DNA of 64,000 nt from assembly GCA_964019335.1 (NCBI GenBank), contig OZ025685.1, positions 310,001 through 374,000 on the forward strand, written 5' to 3'. Position 1 is the first letter of the stretch. The number at the start of each line of letters is the position of its first letter. A program made the position numbers and the translations under genes. The stretch is from Diplonema japonicum. Its lineage: Eukaryota; Protista; Euglenozoa: Diplonemea. The notes under the pieces are model-generated. The model had not been told where the DNA came from. It worked only from the letters and a program-made list of their open reading frames with translations, and made no database searches. Positions 44,381 to 55,970 of the stretch are shown piece by piece.

Positions 44381-44885
44381 TATGAGGTGACTCAAAAAAA
44401 AAAAACTTTTTTTTTTCCTTCGTTTTTTTTTTTTTTTTTTCTTTTTTTTTTTCTTGTTTCCTTTTGAGTACTCTCAAAAAAAAAAAAGAATTTTTTTTTT
44501 TTGTGACACGCCCGCAGTGTGATAGGGAGGGGGGAGGGGATATTATTGTTACAAGACGCCCTTTTTTGGAAAATTTGTAATCGCAAAAAAAAAAAAGAGA
44601 GAGAGAGAGAAAGAAAAGAAGAAGTGACAACCCCAACCCCACCACCCCCCCTTTTTTTTAACAAGCCGACACTGATCGAATTACCTTTTTTTCTTCTTCT
44701 TCTTTTTTTTTCTTTTATTCCTGTTGTCATTCCAAGAAAAAGAAAAAGAAAAAAGAAATGTTGTATCCAGTATGGGGAAAGCGCAGAAGCCGCTTCTCCG
44801 CAGTAGGAGCTTTGTTGCTAACACTTCTCGCCCCCATCTTTTTTTTTACCGTCTCTTCTTTTTTTGTTTTGTTTTTCCCCATTTC

Positions 44886-44923
<38 letters not shown>

Positions 44924-44945
44924 GGGGAGGGGGAAACCACACAAG

Positions 44946-47230
44946 ATGGCGATGTGTGCGCCGAAGCTCGGCTCCGCGGAAATGGAGCTATTCGCAGAGA
45001 AGCAGCTGGCAAAGCAGCTGCCCGAATTAATAGGAACGTACAAGAGCTCTAAGCAAGAGGTGCAGCTAGCTTTGATTAACGAGTACAAAACAGTGTTGCA
45101 GGCCCACAACAAGTTCAAAACCAACAAAGAAGACTGCCCACTGGCGGCAGGGGAACTCCTACGGGTTATCGTCGCACTGAAACAAAACATAAAGAAGCGG
45201 ATGGACGCCATCGCAAACCCAGTAGACCGAGTTCAAAAGAAACAACCCCGACTAGGTGTGTGCAGTGACGATAGACCAGACCCAAGAGGCTCACGCGGCC
45301 CGCACCCCATTGTGGCACTGGCTTTGGCGAGAAAGCGCGACCTTCAAAAAAATGGCGGTGTTCCCACAAAAAACCCTGCTCCGGTAGGGTCAGGGAAAAA
45401 ACTGCCTCCTCCATTTTCCGCATCTTCAACAACACCGAAACTGAACGCAAGACAGCCTCCTAAAGCACCGTTACCATCGTTAATCGATCCATGGACGCCA
45501 CCTGTAAACCCGCAGGCTTCTCCGGAAGTTTTAGAGGATGGTGGTTGGTCATTGGACAGCCGGTCTGAACATACACACGTAATCCCAACAGTGACCACTC
45601 CCAAGAAAAAAGAGGAGAGAATGTTTGAAATTGAGAATGAAAATGTACCAAAGGGGAGTAAAAAGCCAGGTGTCATACCAGGGGTGCCGCTTAAAGGCCT
45701 GCAAGGACGGTTCGCATTGGAGGATGGCGATAAATGGAAAACATTTCTACAGAAGCACGGGTGGGTTGTGATAGCAGACATTGCAAAACACCGCGACGTG
45801 GATCGCATGATCGACGGATTCTGGGAAGCACGAGAGGGCATGGAGACAGGCGTGAAACGAGGCGACACAACAACATGGTCCAACGACAGGTGGTCCGGAA
45901 ACTACGGGACAGGTATATGGAACAAAGATGGAGCAGGCCAAGAGGAATGGCTGTGGCAAGCGAGAGAAAAGGTCGCACCCGTATTCGAGTCCATCTACAG
46001 AACCACAAAACTGCTCACATCGTTTGAAGGATTCTGTACATTCCGTCCAAACACCGCGACAAAATCCGGCTGGTGGCACGTGGATCAATCATTATCCACC
46101 GTTCAGTTCCAAGCCTTCCAAGGATTCCTGAATTTGATCGATAGCAACTCGGAAGACGGGGGTCTATGCGTTGTTTCTGGTTCCAAAAAGATATTCCCCA
46201 AGCTGCACACGAAGTACGGCATGCCGCTTGACAAGAAGTATCAACCCATCCCCGCCCAACACCTGGAGAAGCTTATTGTGAACCCGATAAAAATCAACTG
46301 TAAAAAAGGCGATTTTGTGATGTGGGATGCGCGCACGATTCATTGTTCACAGCCGGGGTCCGATATCAAGCCGAAGAACCACCCGCATCTTACCCGCCTA
46401 GCAGCATATATATCTATGGCGCCCTTGTCTGTTGCTACTAGATGCAACCCCGACCCTGCGAGGCTGACGGATGCTCAGATCGCGGTACGGAGAAAGTGCA
46501 TTGAAGACGCAAAAACAACCACCCACCACGCCTGGCTGTGCGACACCGCGTTGATGAAAACAGGGCGGCACGCTGCTGCGAAACCGGTTATGTCCTTGGC
46601 TCACTACACACCTCCTGTATGTGTCGGGGGGAAAAAAAAAGATTTTTTTTTATCCATTTTTTTTTTTTTTTTAAACAGACGCTTACTCCTAGAATGCTTC
46701 GTCTTGCGGGGCTTCTACCCCACGATGCTGCGGTGCCTTCGCGGTTGCCTTACCGCAGCAATACTGTGGACCTCCGTCCTGTCTCCCGTCCAGTTCGCAC
46801 GGTGCAGTCAAAGGCCTCGTTGCTTGATGACGTCTGCGGGGACGCAACCCCGTCGCCCGCCTTAAGAGGGATAAACCCCCCCATTGATGAAATCGTGCTA
46901 CTCAGCGACGACAAGGATGGGGAACATGTGTCGACTGAATCAATGTATGTGTTGGGGAAAAAAGAAAAAAAAAAAAAAAAACAGGTTGCACACTGTCTGG
47001 GAGGAATTGTCAGCGAAACTCTCTGCTTGTTACATAAGGAGCTATGCGAATTCGTCCAGAAGAACCCTCCCGGGGCATCTGGAGTTGGTTGTCAGTGCGG
47101 GGATAAGAGACACTGAAGAGGAGCTTCGACAAGCATCGTATGATACTGTGAAAGAGATATGGAACGGCGTGCAGCTAAGGCTGACGGCGGACAAAGTGGA
47201 GCAAGGATGGGGGAAGAAATCAAAGGTTTC

Positions 47231-47261
<31 letters not shown>

Positions 47262-47650
47262 TGCAAGTAGTCCCGTTCTTAAAAGAACTCCAAGCCGCTG
47301 CCACACGGAAGGTGGTCGAATTCTGCGAGAAAATCCAGAAAAACGACAATATTGTTGCGAGAATTGTCGAAGGCCGAATCAAGTCTTCACCAACCCTCTC
47401 GCCTGCTCACTCTCCTGCCATGACACTTAATGACGTGTCCACCTTCCTCTTCTCCGAAACGGAGGATGCCGAGTGGAATCTGCCTGATGGGCTTGCCACC
47501 ACCCATGTTGGGTCAAAGAGGCCTCCACAAGATGACTGCATTGTTTCAGCAAAGCGGGTAAAGATGGTTTCTGAGGAAGAACCTGCAATTTTGGAAGATG
47601 CATTTGATGTCAGTGAAGGGGAGGAGGAAGACGACGTGGGCTTTAATTGA
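44946..47650 (+). CDS. PhyH-family Fe(II)/2-oxoglutarate dioxygenase with N- and C-terminal extensions; 4 exons (44946-46616, 46679-46944, 46985-47225, 47261-47650)
   Basis: FLQKHGWVVI, WWHVDQ (HxD), GGLCVVSGS, GDFVMWDARTIH (distal His), RLAAYISM; introns 46617-46678, 46945-46984, 47226-47260 join four ORFs in frame. Confidence 0.75.
47226..47260 (+). other. 35-nt GT-AG intron composed of GTTTC + poly(A) + G
   Basis: Removal joins ...KKSK to VQVVPFLKEL in frame; flanked by AAAG|GT at both junctions. Confidence 0.65.
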
Positions 47651-47652
47651 TT

Positions 47653-47695
<43 letters not shown>

Positions 47696-48830
47696 TTGGG
47701 TGTTTTATATGACTTCCTCCCCGTGTTATTCCATGGGGAGGGACGGGACGGGTTTGGGGCAGGAGAAAAAAAAAAAAAAAAAAAAAAAAAAATGGGACTT
47801 TGGGGTTTTTTTTTTTTTTTTTTTTTATAAAAAAAAATTGAGGAACTTTTAGTCTACCCTTCTTCTTCTTCTCTTTTTTTTTTTTTTTTTTTTTTTCCCT
47901 GTGACCAAGTTGGGAATGCACCCTTCTCTTATTAGTTTTGTGGTTCATGTTTTTTTTTTTTTTTTTATTTACCACATCTCCACCCTGATGCTCATATTGC
48001 TCCACATTACTCTTTTTTTTTTTTCCTTTTCCCCCTTTCCTTCTGTATCTTCCCGTATTTCTCTTTTTGTTGGTGGTGCTATAGCAATGTACTATTTGAA
48101 CACCCGTGTTGTTGGAAAAAGAAGGGGAAAAAAAAAAAGAAAAAAGAAAAAGCTTAGATTCTGTATTTGTTTGGGAGGGGTGCTGTTTCCACGAAAAAAA
48201 AAATATAAATAAAATAACCCGATTTTTATCCTACCTCTAAAGAAGAAACGGAAAAAAAAAAGGGGGGGAAAGAAAATGTAGGAAAGTACTCAACCATTTC
48301 GCCCTTTTCCGACTTTGCACCCCCCTTTTTTTTAAAAATTTTAATTTTTTTAATGAAAAAGACGAAGGGGGAGGGGAAGATTTTAGGGGGGACAAAAAAG
48401 AGAGAGAGAAAAAAGACCCCCCTGCATGTTTACTTGGTTTCCCCTCCCTTTTCACAAAAAAAAAGTCACGCACGCTACAAAGAAAAAAAAAGGAGAGATC
48501 CCCCCCTCCCATCTCTTCCCCCCCTTCCACACCACTGTTTTTATTTCCCACCATTTTTTCTTTAAATGAAATAAATTTTCTGGTCTGAAGTTGTCGTCAG
48601 ACGAGCAGTGTCGAGAGGTTTTTTGTTTTTTGTTTTTTGTTTTTTGTTTTAGCAGCAGTCTTCTTTGTGAAGAACGCACCTGGAGCGCCACGTTGGAGGA
48701 GTTATAGTAGTTCCGTCCATTTTTTTTTTTTTAAACATGTCCCCCATGTCCTATCTTAATTGTACCCCTGGGGAAAAAAAAAAAAAAAAAAAAAAAAAGA
48801 GTTTGGGAGGAGGGGCGGAGGTAGGGGAAG

Positions 48831-51800
48831 ATGAACAACGCGAGAACAAACATCTTCATAGTGCTTTCCCTGGCGTGTATAAGCCAGGGAGGCGGTTTCG
48901 TGCAAAAGTGTGGGGAGGTCCGAGTTGTCGACAACGCAAGGTACTCCCTAAGGTACTCAAGAGGGACCGACCCCGCAACAGGGGACGACACTATACGTTT
49001 CTCCACAAAATTCCAAGCAGGCTGGACAGGGATTGCATTAAGAAACACAGACGACGTCGCAAGAGGCGGCATGTACGGGCTGGAAATAACAACAATAGGG
49101 GGCGACGCGGCTGGACTGAACGACTACGAGATTGTCGCCACCGACGCCGGAGGAAAACCCGCAGTACGTAACCAAACCAGCTTTCTTCTAGACCACGAAA
49201 TCACCGACAATAGCTGGACCGAAGCGTCTTTCTGGCGATATCTCGACCGCAATGTAACAGAAGACCCCATTATCAATATAGCGTATTCCTACGGCCCCGG
49301 GTCCATATTCACAAACACCTGGACCATCCACCAACACAGAGGCTCCTCAAACATGGATTTGTCAATATGCAATCCCATCCCACCGCCAACCCCTCAGCCT
49401 ACAGCGTCACCACCTCTACCAACATACACCATGATGCTCGGTGGATCACCAGATGCATACTCATATCTTGTCCCTGCTTTATCGCAAGGCCCGTTGAGAA
49501 ATATATGCTTTACTGGGTCCCCGTGCATGACCTTTGTGTTGGAAATGAAAGATGATTATCTACCGGAGTATCTCCTCGCGACTGGGAAAACGCTTACGTT
49601 GGATGTTTCGATTGGAGGGGTTAACGGGACGGGTTATGACTTTTCACGCGGGGAGGTGCTGTCGATCCCGGGGACGCGGTTCTACCTCCCGGGGATGGTG
49701 GCAACGGGTTCGCCGGGAACGATTTCCTTCGTGTTCACGCTGAAGGAGAGCGGGGTGGTGAAGACGGTGTTAACACAGCAGGTTTATCTTGAAGACAACA
49801 ACGACGGTTTTTACGAGAGGTTCGGGAGGGTCTTCATTGGCGTCCCGCTGGTGCAGTTTTCCGAATCCGACTTCCAAACAGCCGCGGGAATGCTACCGTT
49901 GACCGTGATGTCCGCAGTACCACGCGACGTACCAGCGTCGCTTGGGTTGCGTTGCGGAGCGACCGGTGTGGAGGTTGCTTTCAACGGCACGCAAGCAGAC
50001 ATTTCCACCGGTTTGAAAAACTTTTTACTAAACACACCAATGTGCGCGACATACGTTGCAACCTCCATCTTCACACCAATCTCGATGGGATTAGTCCCAG
50101 GTACACACGCTACAAGCCGAAGCAGTTTTTTGTACTTAAACAGTGACAACTGGGACACGCTTTGCGTGGCGAACCTGACATGCCAAACCATCTCGATGAA
50201 GATGGAGCACCCACTGCCAAACCTAGCCGGGACATGCATTATGACAGTCAACGGGGGGCTGTACTCTGTCCCGCTGAACCACAACTCGACTTGCCAGTTT
50301 CTCGACATTGTGATCCCCACCGCTGGAGTCTTCACGTTGAACATAAAACTATCCGCTCGAGGGTATACCGGCAGTCCTTTCAAAGCCATCCTCACTGTCA
50401 AGAACACCATCGACGGTAAGCCCGTGAGCTCCCTCGATGATGTTGTAAGCTACGTAAGGGTCCGGGGGGGTTTCGACACCTCGTCTGTTCCAACGACGGA
50501 TTTCAAAACGTTTTTCGGAAACGTTGTGGGCGGGGTACTGGGTATGCCGTCTAAGGAGATAGTCGTGTCGAGGGTCAGTTCTGCGCAGACATCAGAACGA
50601 CAGTTTGAAACGCTTGCTGTAGATATCCCATGCAGCAGCACGACTGAGACAGATATAACTTGGAAGCTCACACCAGCAGCTTTGTCCACAGACCCGTCGG
50701 CTTACACACGGTTTATGTCGCTTGCTTTGGACCCGTCGCATCAGCTTTTTAAGGATTTATGCGGTGTGTCTGAGACGTACCGGAAATGGGAACTTGCAGC
50801 TGTTGATCCTGTTGCGGAGCCGCCGTTGAAGTCGGTTGTGGCTGTACAGTCCCCCACGGTGTACAGTTATCTGCAAGGGGAGAAATGGTTGTGTTTAAAC
50901 AAGCTGGAGTGCAGCACAATGGTGTTGAAGATCACAAATGCAACGGAAGCAGCTGCTCTGCTCGCTCAGTACCCGTCATCGATGCTTGCTCTCAAAGCGA
51001 TCCCGGACAACCCCAACTACGTGGCCGTCCCGGGCTCTGACGTCGCGTCATTGACGGATCTTCAGGCAGACGGACGGGGGAATTCCTTTATGTTCCACGA
51101 CCTTGAGATATCCGGTCCGAACGGCGAGTTCACCCTGCAGTTTTTTCTCGTTGTGAACGGTGCTGTTCAAACGGGTGTTGTGTTTCAGCATGTGATGCTT
51201 CTTGCCAGCGTCGACTTCACCGTCGAGAGGATTATTAAAACAGTTATCAGAATGGACCTGGAAAGCTTCGCAAGCAACAAGGACAATTTTGTAAACACGC
51301 TGGGAAAACACCTCAACTTACCAACGGAGCTTTCGATGAGACTGCAAAACATAACTTCACACCCCATCGTTGCCAGTCGCGCGCAGACGTTGAGCGCAAT
51401 GACGTGCACACAGAACGCGACAAGCGGGACCGAGATATCATGGTATCTGTTGTGTACGCTTGCCAATGCGACGTTGTGCCCTGACAAGCAGCAGTATTAT
51501 GATGCGTACTTCCAAGGCCTCTCGAACACCTCCGGGCCGCTTGACGCGATGCTATGCGGAGTCGACCAGTCGTACGGCTCATGGTACAAGGTGGTGCCTC
51601 GCACACCGTCGCCGTCCTCTGACGATGAGAACAGTTCCGTCTTGTGGATCATTCTTATCCTTGCGTTGCTGTTTCTCTGCTGTGCGATCGCTGTGTTCCT
51701 ATTCGCTATACGCCGCCGCGAGGAACGCAAACGGCAGATGGCAGAGCGGACCACGTACAACCCTGAGGAGATGGGCCCTGTACCCGATGGGTATGTGTTT

Positions 51801-52401
51801 GTTTATTTTAAAAAAAAAAATAATAATAAACAGAACCAAAGCACCTATGTACGCTGTCAATGGATTTGGTCCGCCTCCTGCACCGGCACCTTCCGCGCCT
51901 TTCTACAACCCTCAGGGGCATTATCAAGATAACGGTGCAATGCCTCCTGTCGTAGTGTCGCCGTTGGAACCTGTTGCAATGGACAGAGAGGCAACAAACA
52001 CAAAGGAGAACGAAGAGGAAATTGAAAAGCTGCAGAGGGAGATAAACAAGCTAGAGAACCAGAAGAGGGCAATGGATGAGATGGCCAGGGAAGCGCTTGC
52101 TGAGGACGAGGACGAGGGTATTGAGGTGGGCAAGGTGGGTGCCACTGCTTCTCAGTTGCAGAATTTTGCTCCCATGCGTATCGCACCCGATGGAAGGATC
52201 CCTGTTCCACCCCCTGAGAGAGGTGAGTCTGCAACGCAACAGCCACAGCTACCCCAAGATCAGGAAATAGAATTCTCGGATTCAGAGGGATCTCATAACG
52301 GCAACAATGGTAACCCTTCACCGGCAGTTCCTTCTGTAACAGTGATACCCTCGGAAAAGCCTTTAGATGATATCGAGAACCCACAACCGAAACTTGGTTG
52401 A
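48831..52401 (+). CDS. Type I membrane protein with N-terminal DOMON-like domain and three internal repeats; 2 exons (48831-51790, 51834-52401)
   Basis: Signal peptide; DOMON-like GWTGIAL...GGM, IAYSYG, HQHRG; TM VLWIILILALLFLCCAIAVFLFAI; intron 51791-51833 joins to ORF 51460..52401 (Pro-rich/coiled-coil tail). Confidence 0.75.
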
Positions 52402-52683
52402 TTTTTTTCTCTCTCTCTCTTCTACTTGTTTAATTTTGATAGATTTTGTTTTTTTGAAAAAAAACGGGCAAAATTACTGTCAAGTTGTAGTTCTCTTTGT
52501 GGTTGTTTTTTTTTTTTTTTTTTTTTTTTTTCTTTTCCTGTTTACGTTCTTTTTCTTTTCTTCTTTCTTTCTTCTGTCTTGGTCATTTTCCTTAATTGAT
52601 TTTAAAAGGGAAGTAAAAAAAAAGAGTCCTGGGGGGGTTCTTTTTGTAGTTGTAGTAAAGAATGGGAGGGGTATAGTCGGGGG

Positions 52684-53409
52684 AAAAGAATAGCTATTTA
52701 CTGCCAACAAGTAATGACTTTACCGTTACCTCGAGGTTCCGCATTTTACCGTCGAGGGCCCGCAGGGCCCGAGATGGTAAAATGCGGAACCGAGAGGTCG
52801 GTAAAGCATTACTTGGCGGTAGGTAAGTGGTTTTATTTCACGACACTCTGAAATTACTTCACCACGAGGGGCACAACAAGAGAGGGGTTACAAAGGTTAC
52901 AATACAAGTTGTTTTTCCTCCTTTTGTTGACTAAGAGCTGCCGCTGTCGCTGGCATTGCCACTGTCACCATCTCTAATCAGGCCTTCCCATACCTAACGC
53001 GGCCACTGGCTCCTTTTTTTCTGCCCCTTCGGTATTTTGAAGTCTTTTGGGGTGCTAAAAGCTGACTAAGTTACCCTTACCCACAGAAGAGTTACCCACA
53101 GAAACTGGGAACAAGGCCAAGCCAAAAGTGGGCAAATTGGGAGGAAAAAGTAGTCCAACTTGGAACTGAGCCGAGGCAAAAGTTGGCCAATTGAGCTGAA
53201 CCTGGGGGGGAATAGCAAACTGAGAGGAAAAAGTAGCCCCACTGGGAACCGAACCGAGGCAAAAATTGGCCTACCGAGGCATATTAGTAACGGAAACCCC
53301 CAATTACTTCACGGAAAACAGGCCATTATTTCACCGTGAAGTAATGAGATTTAGCGTGAAGTAATGGGCCCCCCAGTGCGTGAAGTAATTTCTGAAGAGT
53401 GAAATAAAA
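52684..53409. mobile_element. Non-autonomous hairpin-ended interspersed element, subfamily C (apparently complete)
   Basis: Hairpin ~52693-52828 centred on the same GAGGGCCC-GCA-GGGCCCGA (52754-52772); IR 52831-52862 pairs with ~53380-53409; motif ATTA(C/T)TTCAC arrayed at 53302-53390; internal ~50-bp direct duplication (~53140-53188 / ~53222-53271). Confidence 0.8.
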
Positions 53410-53626
53410 ACAAAAAAAAAAACAAAAAAAGTAAAGAAGAAAGAAGGAACAAGGGAGGGGGGGGAAAATGGTCTGTGAAAAAAAAAAAAAGAAGAAAAAA
53501 ATGTCGGACTGACAAATTCCGGAAACCCGGGGGAAAAAAAAAACTCAGAACCGGCACTTTTTTTTTCTTCTTTTTTTAAAAATACGACCAGCATACACAG
53601 AGAGGTTTGCTCTTTGGTTCGACTTC

Positions 53627-53666
<40 letters not shown>

Positions 53667-53857
53667 ACCCCTCCCCCAAGTTCAAGGGGGAGAAAAGTGC
53701 CTAACCAACCCCCCTTAAAGAAAAGAGGGGAAAAAAATAAAAATAAAAACGAACACAACAAAAAAGATATTTATGTCACTCCCCTCTTTTTTTTTTTTTT
53801 CCTTCAATGTTATATCTGGCCGTGATACTCTCTTTTCCCATTAGTCAAACCCCCACG

Positions 53858-54241
53858 ATGTTGTTTCTAAGGACAGTCTTGGCGGCATATGTAGCTACAG
53901 CTGCTCTGGCCGACACCTTTCTGGTGCAGCAGTGTGTGAATGGCAGCGTTGCGGGTGTCAGGTTGGCCATCGATTCTAGCGCTCTGTGCACAACACTGGT
54001 GTTCGGCAATGTAAGCATGAGCCTTGCTCTTGATAATACGACTGGGACGGCAAGTAATCTAACCCTCGCAGCGATGGGAAACTCTTTTTCTGACGAACAG
54101 TGCCAAGACACACCCACACCGACCGAAATCCTCTGCAGCTGCAGTGATAGTAGCATCCTGGCGTTCGTCTGCAGCAGTGCAGGCTTAGCCATTCCCTCCT
54201 TCCTTGCATTCGGCGCCTCCCTTCTTTTATACGCGCTTTGA
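53858..54241 (+). CDS. Small secreted, probably GPI-anchored Cys-containing protein
   Basis: Signal peptide MLFLRTVLAAYVATAALA, 6 Cys, C-terminal SSAG + hydrophobic tail; polypyrimidine-AG at ~53828-53844. Confidence 0.7.
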   Translation: MLFLRTVLAAYVATAALADTFLVQQCVNGSVAGVRLAIDSSALCTTLVFGNVSMSLALDNTTGTASNLTLAAMGNSFSDEQCQDTPTPTEILCSCSDSSILAFVCSSAGLAIPSFLAFGASLLLYAL

Positions 54242-54352
54242 AAAATCGAAGGAAGAAAAAAAAAAAAAAAAAAGAAAAAAAAAATAGAATTTTACTGTGT
54301 CCTCCAACCTTGTCCAGCTAAGTGAGACAAAAAAAAAAAGAGAAAAAAGAAG

Positions 54353-55546
54353 ATGAAGCAAAGAGGATTTGTCAAGCTTCCTGAACTCCACTCGCCTTGT
54401 GATGATCAAGATAGCTGGGCCCGAACTGTTGAGGTTCTGGAGGGTTGTGAAGACGGGTCGCTCTCGGATGTGTACAAAAAACTGAAAAGGTGGGGTGGGT
54501 GCGACCTAGACGGCTGGTCCACAGCATTAGAACAACACCACCCAAGCCTCGACGAAAGGAAGCTCGTCGCATACATCAAAACCGCAGCGCTGAAGGCAAG
54601 CGAGAACTGGCCAGAGGGTCTTCACATCTTACGCAGAAACAACCCTGGTGAAGTGAGTTTAGAACGGCCGCAGATCATCACGGTGCTTGCATGTATGATG
54701 CTGGGTCTGACGCCGAAAGGGTTCGGAGAGATTTTGAACCATTCTGCAGTTTTTTCTGCAGGGTTGATCGCTTACTTCGCAGAGGCGCAAGAGGGCAACC
54801 TCGACAAAAGAGGCCCCGTAAGATTCGTGAGAAGGATGTGCCCGCCCGGCCCACCTCCCGTTGTTGAAAAACTTGCTTCAATCTGCATAGAGACCGAACA
54901 TGGCATTGAAGACACCCTGAACGCAGCACACGCCGACTTCGCGAACAAGAACGTCGGTGGGGGTTTTCTCTCAGGCACGCGGGCGCAGGAGGAAATTATG
55001 TTTGCGTCACAACCCGAGTGCAGCGTCGCCATGCTGATCCTAGAAGAGCTGAGCGACTTAGAGACATCTTCCATGCACGGAGCTGTCAAAACGGCGGTGT
55101 ATAAAGGCTACGGTTTCAAATTGAAATATGAAGGACGATGCCACGGCCCTGCTGGTGAGATATTGGCTTTTGACGCGCTTGACCCGAACAATCTGACAGC
55201 TTCCTTCTCCCCTGAGGGTGTGCAGCGTGAGTTGTTGAAAGCCTACACAGCCTTCTCCACGCCGTCCTCGTATTCCTGTGTCTCCACCGGTAACTGGGGT
55301 TGCGGAGCGTTCTTGGGGTGCCGTCAGCTCAAATCAACTATCCAGTGGATCGCTGCGTCTTGGGCCGCTGTCTCCCTTGTCTACCACACTTTTGGTGACA
55401 AAGCCTTCACGGAGTCGATGAGGGAGTTCGTGGTGAAAATAGAGAAAGCGGCTGTCACTCCTGAACAGCTTCACGCCGCCCTCATGTCGTTGGAGCTGAA
55501 ACGAAACAGGGTGCATGAGATCATCCTTGAGCATTTCGGACTTTAA
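54353..55546 (+). CDS. PARG: Poly(ADP-ribose) glycohydrolase
   Basis: DFANKNVGGG-x6-QEEIMF..PE catalytic signature, YKGYG, RELLKAY, TGNWGCGAF.G, KSTIQWIAAS. Confidence 0.92.
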   Translation: MKQRGFVKLPELHSPCDDQDSWARTVEVLEGCEDGSLSDVYKKLKRWGGCDLDGWSTALEQHHPSLDERKLVAYIKTAALKASENWPEGLHILRRNNPGEVSLERPQIITVLACMMLGLTPKGFGEILNHSAVFSAGLIAYFAEAQEGNLDKRGPVRFVRRMCPPGPPPVVEKLASICIETEHGIEDTLNAAHADFANKNVGGGFLSGTRAQEEIMFASQPECSVAMLILEELSDLETSSMHGAVKTAVYKGYGFKLKYEGRCHGPAGEILAFDALDPNNLTASFSPEGVQRELLKAYTAFSTPSSYSCVSTGNWGCGAFLGCRQLKSTIQWIAASWAAVSLVYHTFGDKAFTESMREFVVKIEKAAVTPEQLHAALMSLELKRNRVHEIILEHFGL

Positions 55547-55970
55547 AAAAAAAAAAAGTGAGAAGGAAAAAAAAGAGAAAAGGAAAAAAAAAGAAACCAA
55601 CATTTCCCTAGCAACACCCATGTGGGCCCTTTTTTTTCTTCTCTTCTTCTTTTTTTTTCTTTTTATCCATCGTCTGTTGGGGTTGGGGGGACCAATGTCG
55701 TCGTCGGTCTCATCCGTGTCGTACTCTCTCTGGTAGATGTAACCCCATCTTTATCTGCTCGGTGCTGAAGCAGGGCTTGTGGTCTGTGTACGACTTGTTC
55801 GTGCTGGCTGTAGCTCTTGGTTCGGTCTTCCCCAGGTCTGCTCCAGCCGCCATGCTTCCCAGTCCATCCTCCGAAGTATCACCTCCACGTGTTCTAAATG
55901 GTTACGTTCATCGTGACAGCACAAAAACACAAAAAAAAGGGGAGTGGGAGAGAGGGAGGGAGCACAATAA

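Noticed and set aside
55751-55910. Protein-like minus-strand fragment between PARG and the cyclase
   Set aside because: No identifiable homology or gene signals; may be a decayed repeat.
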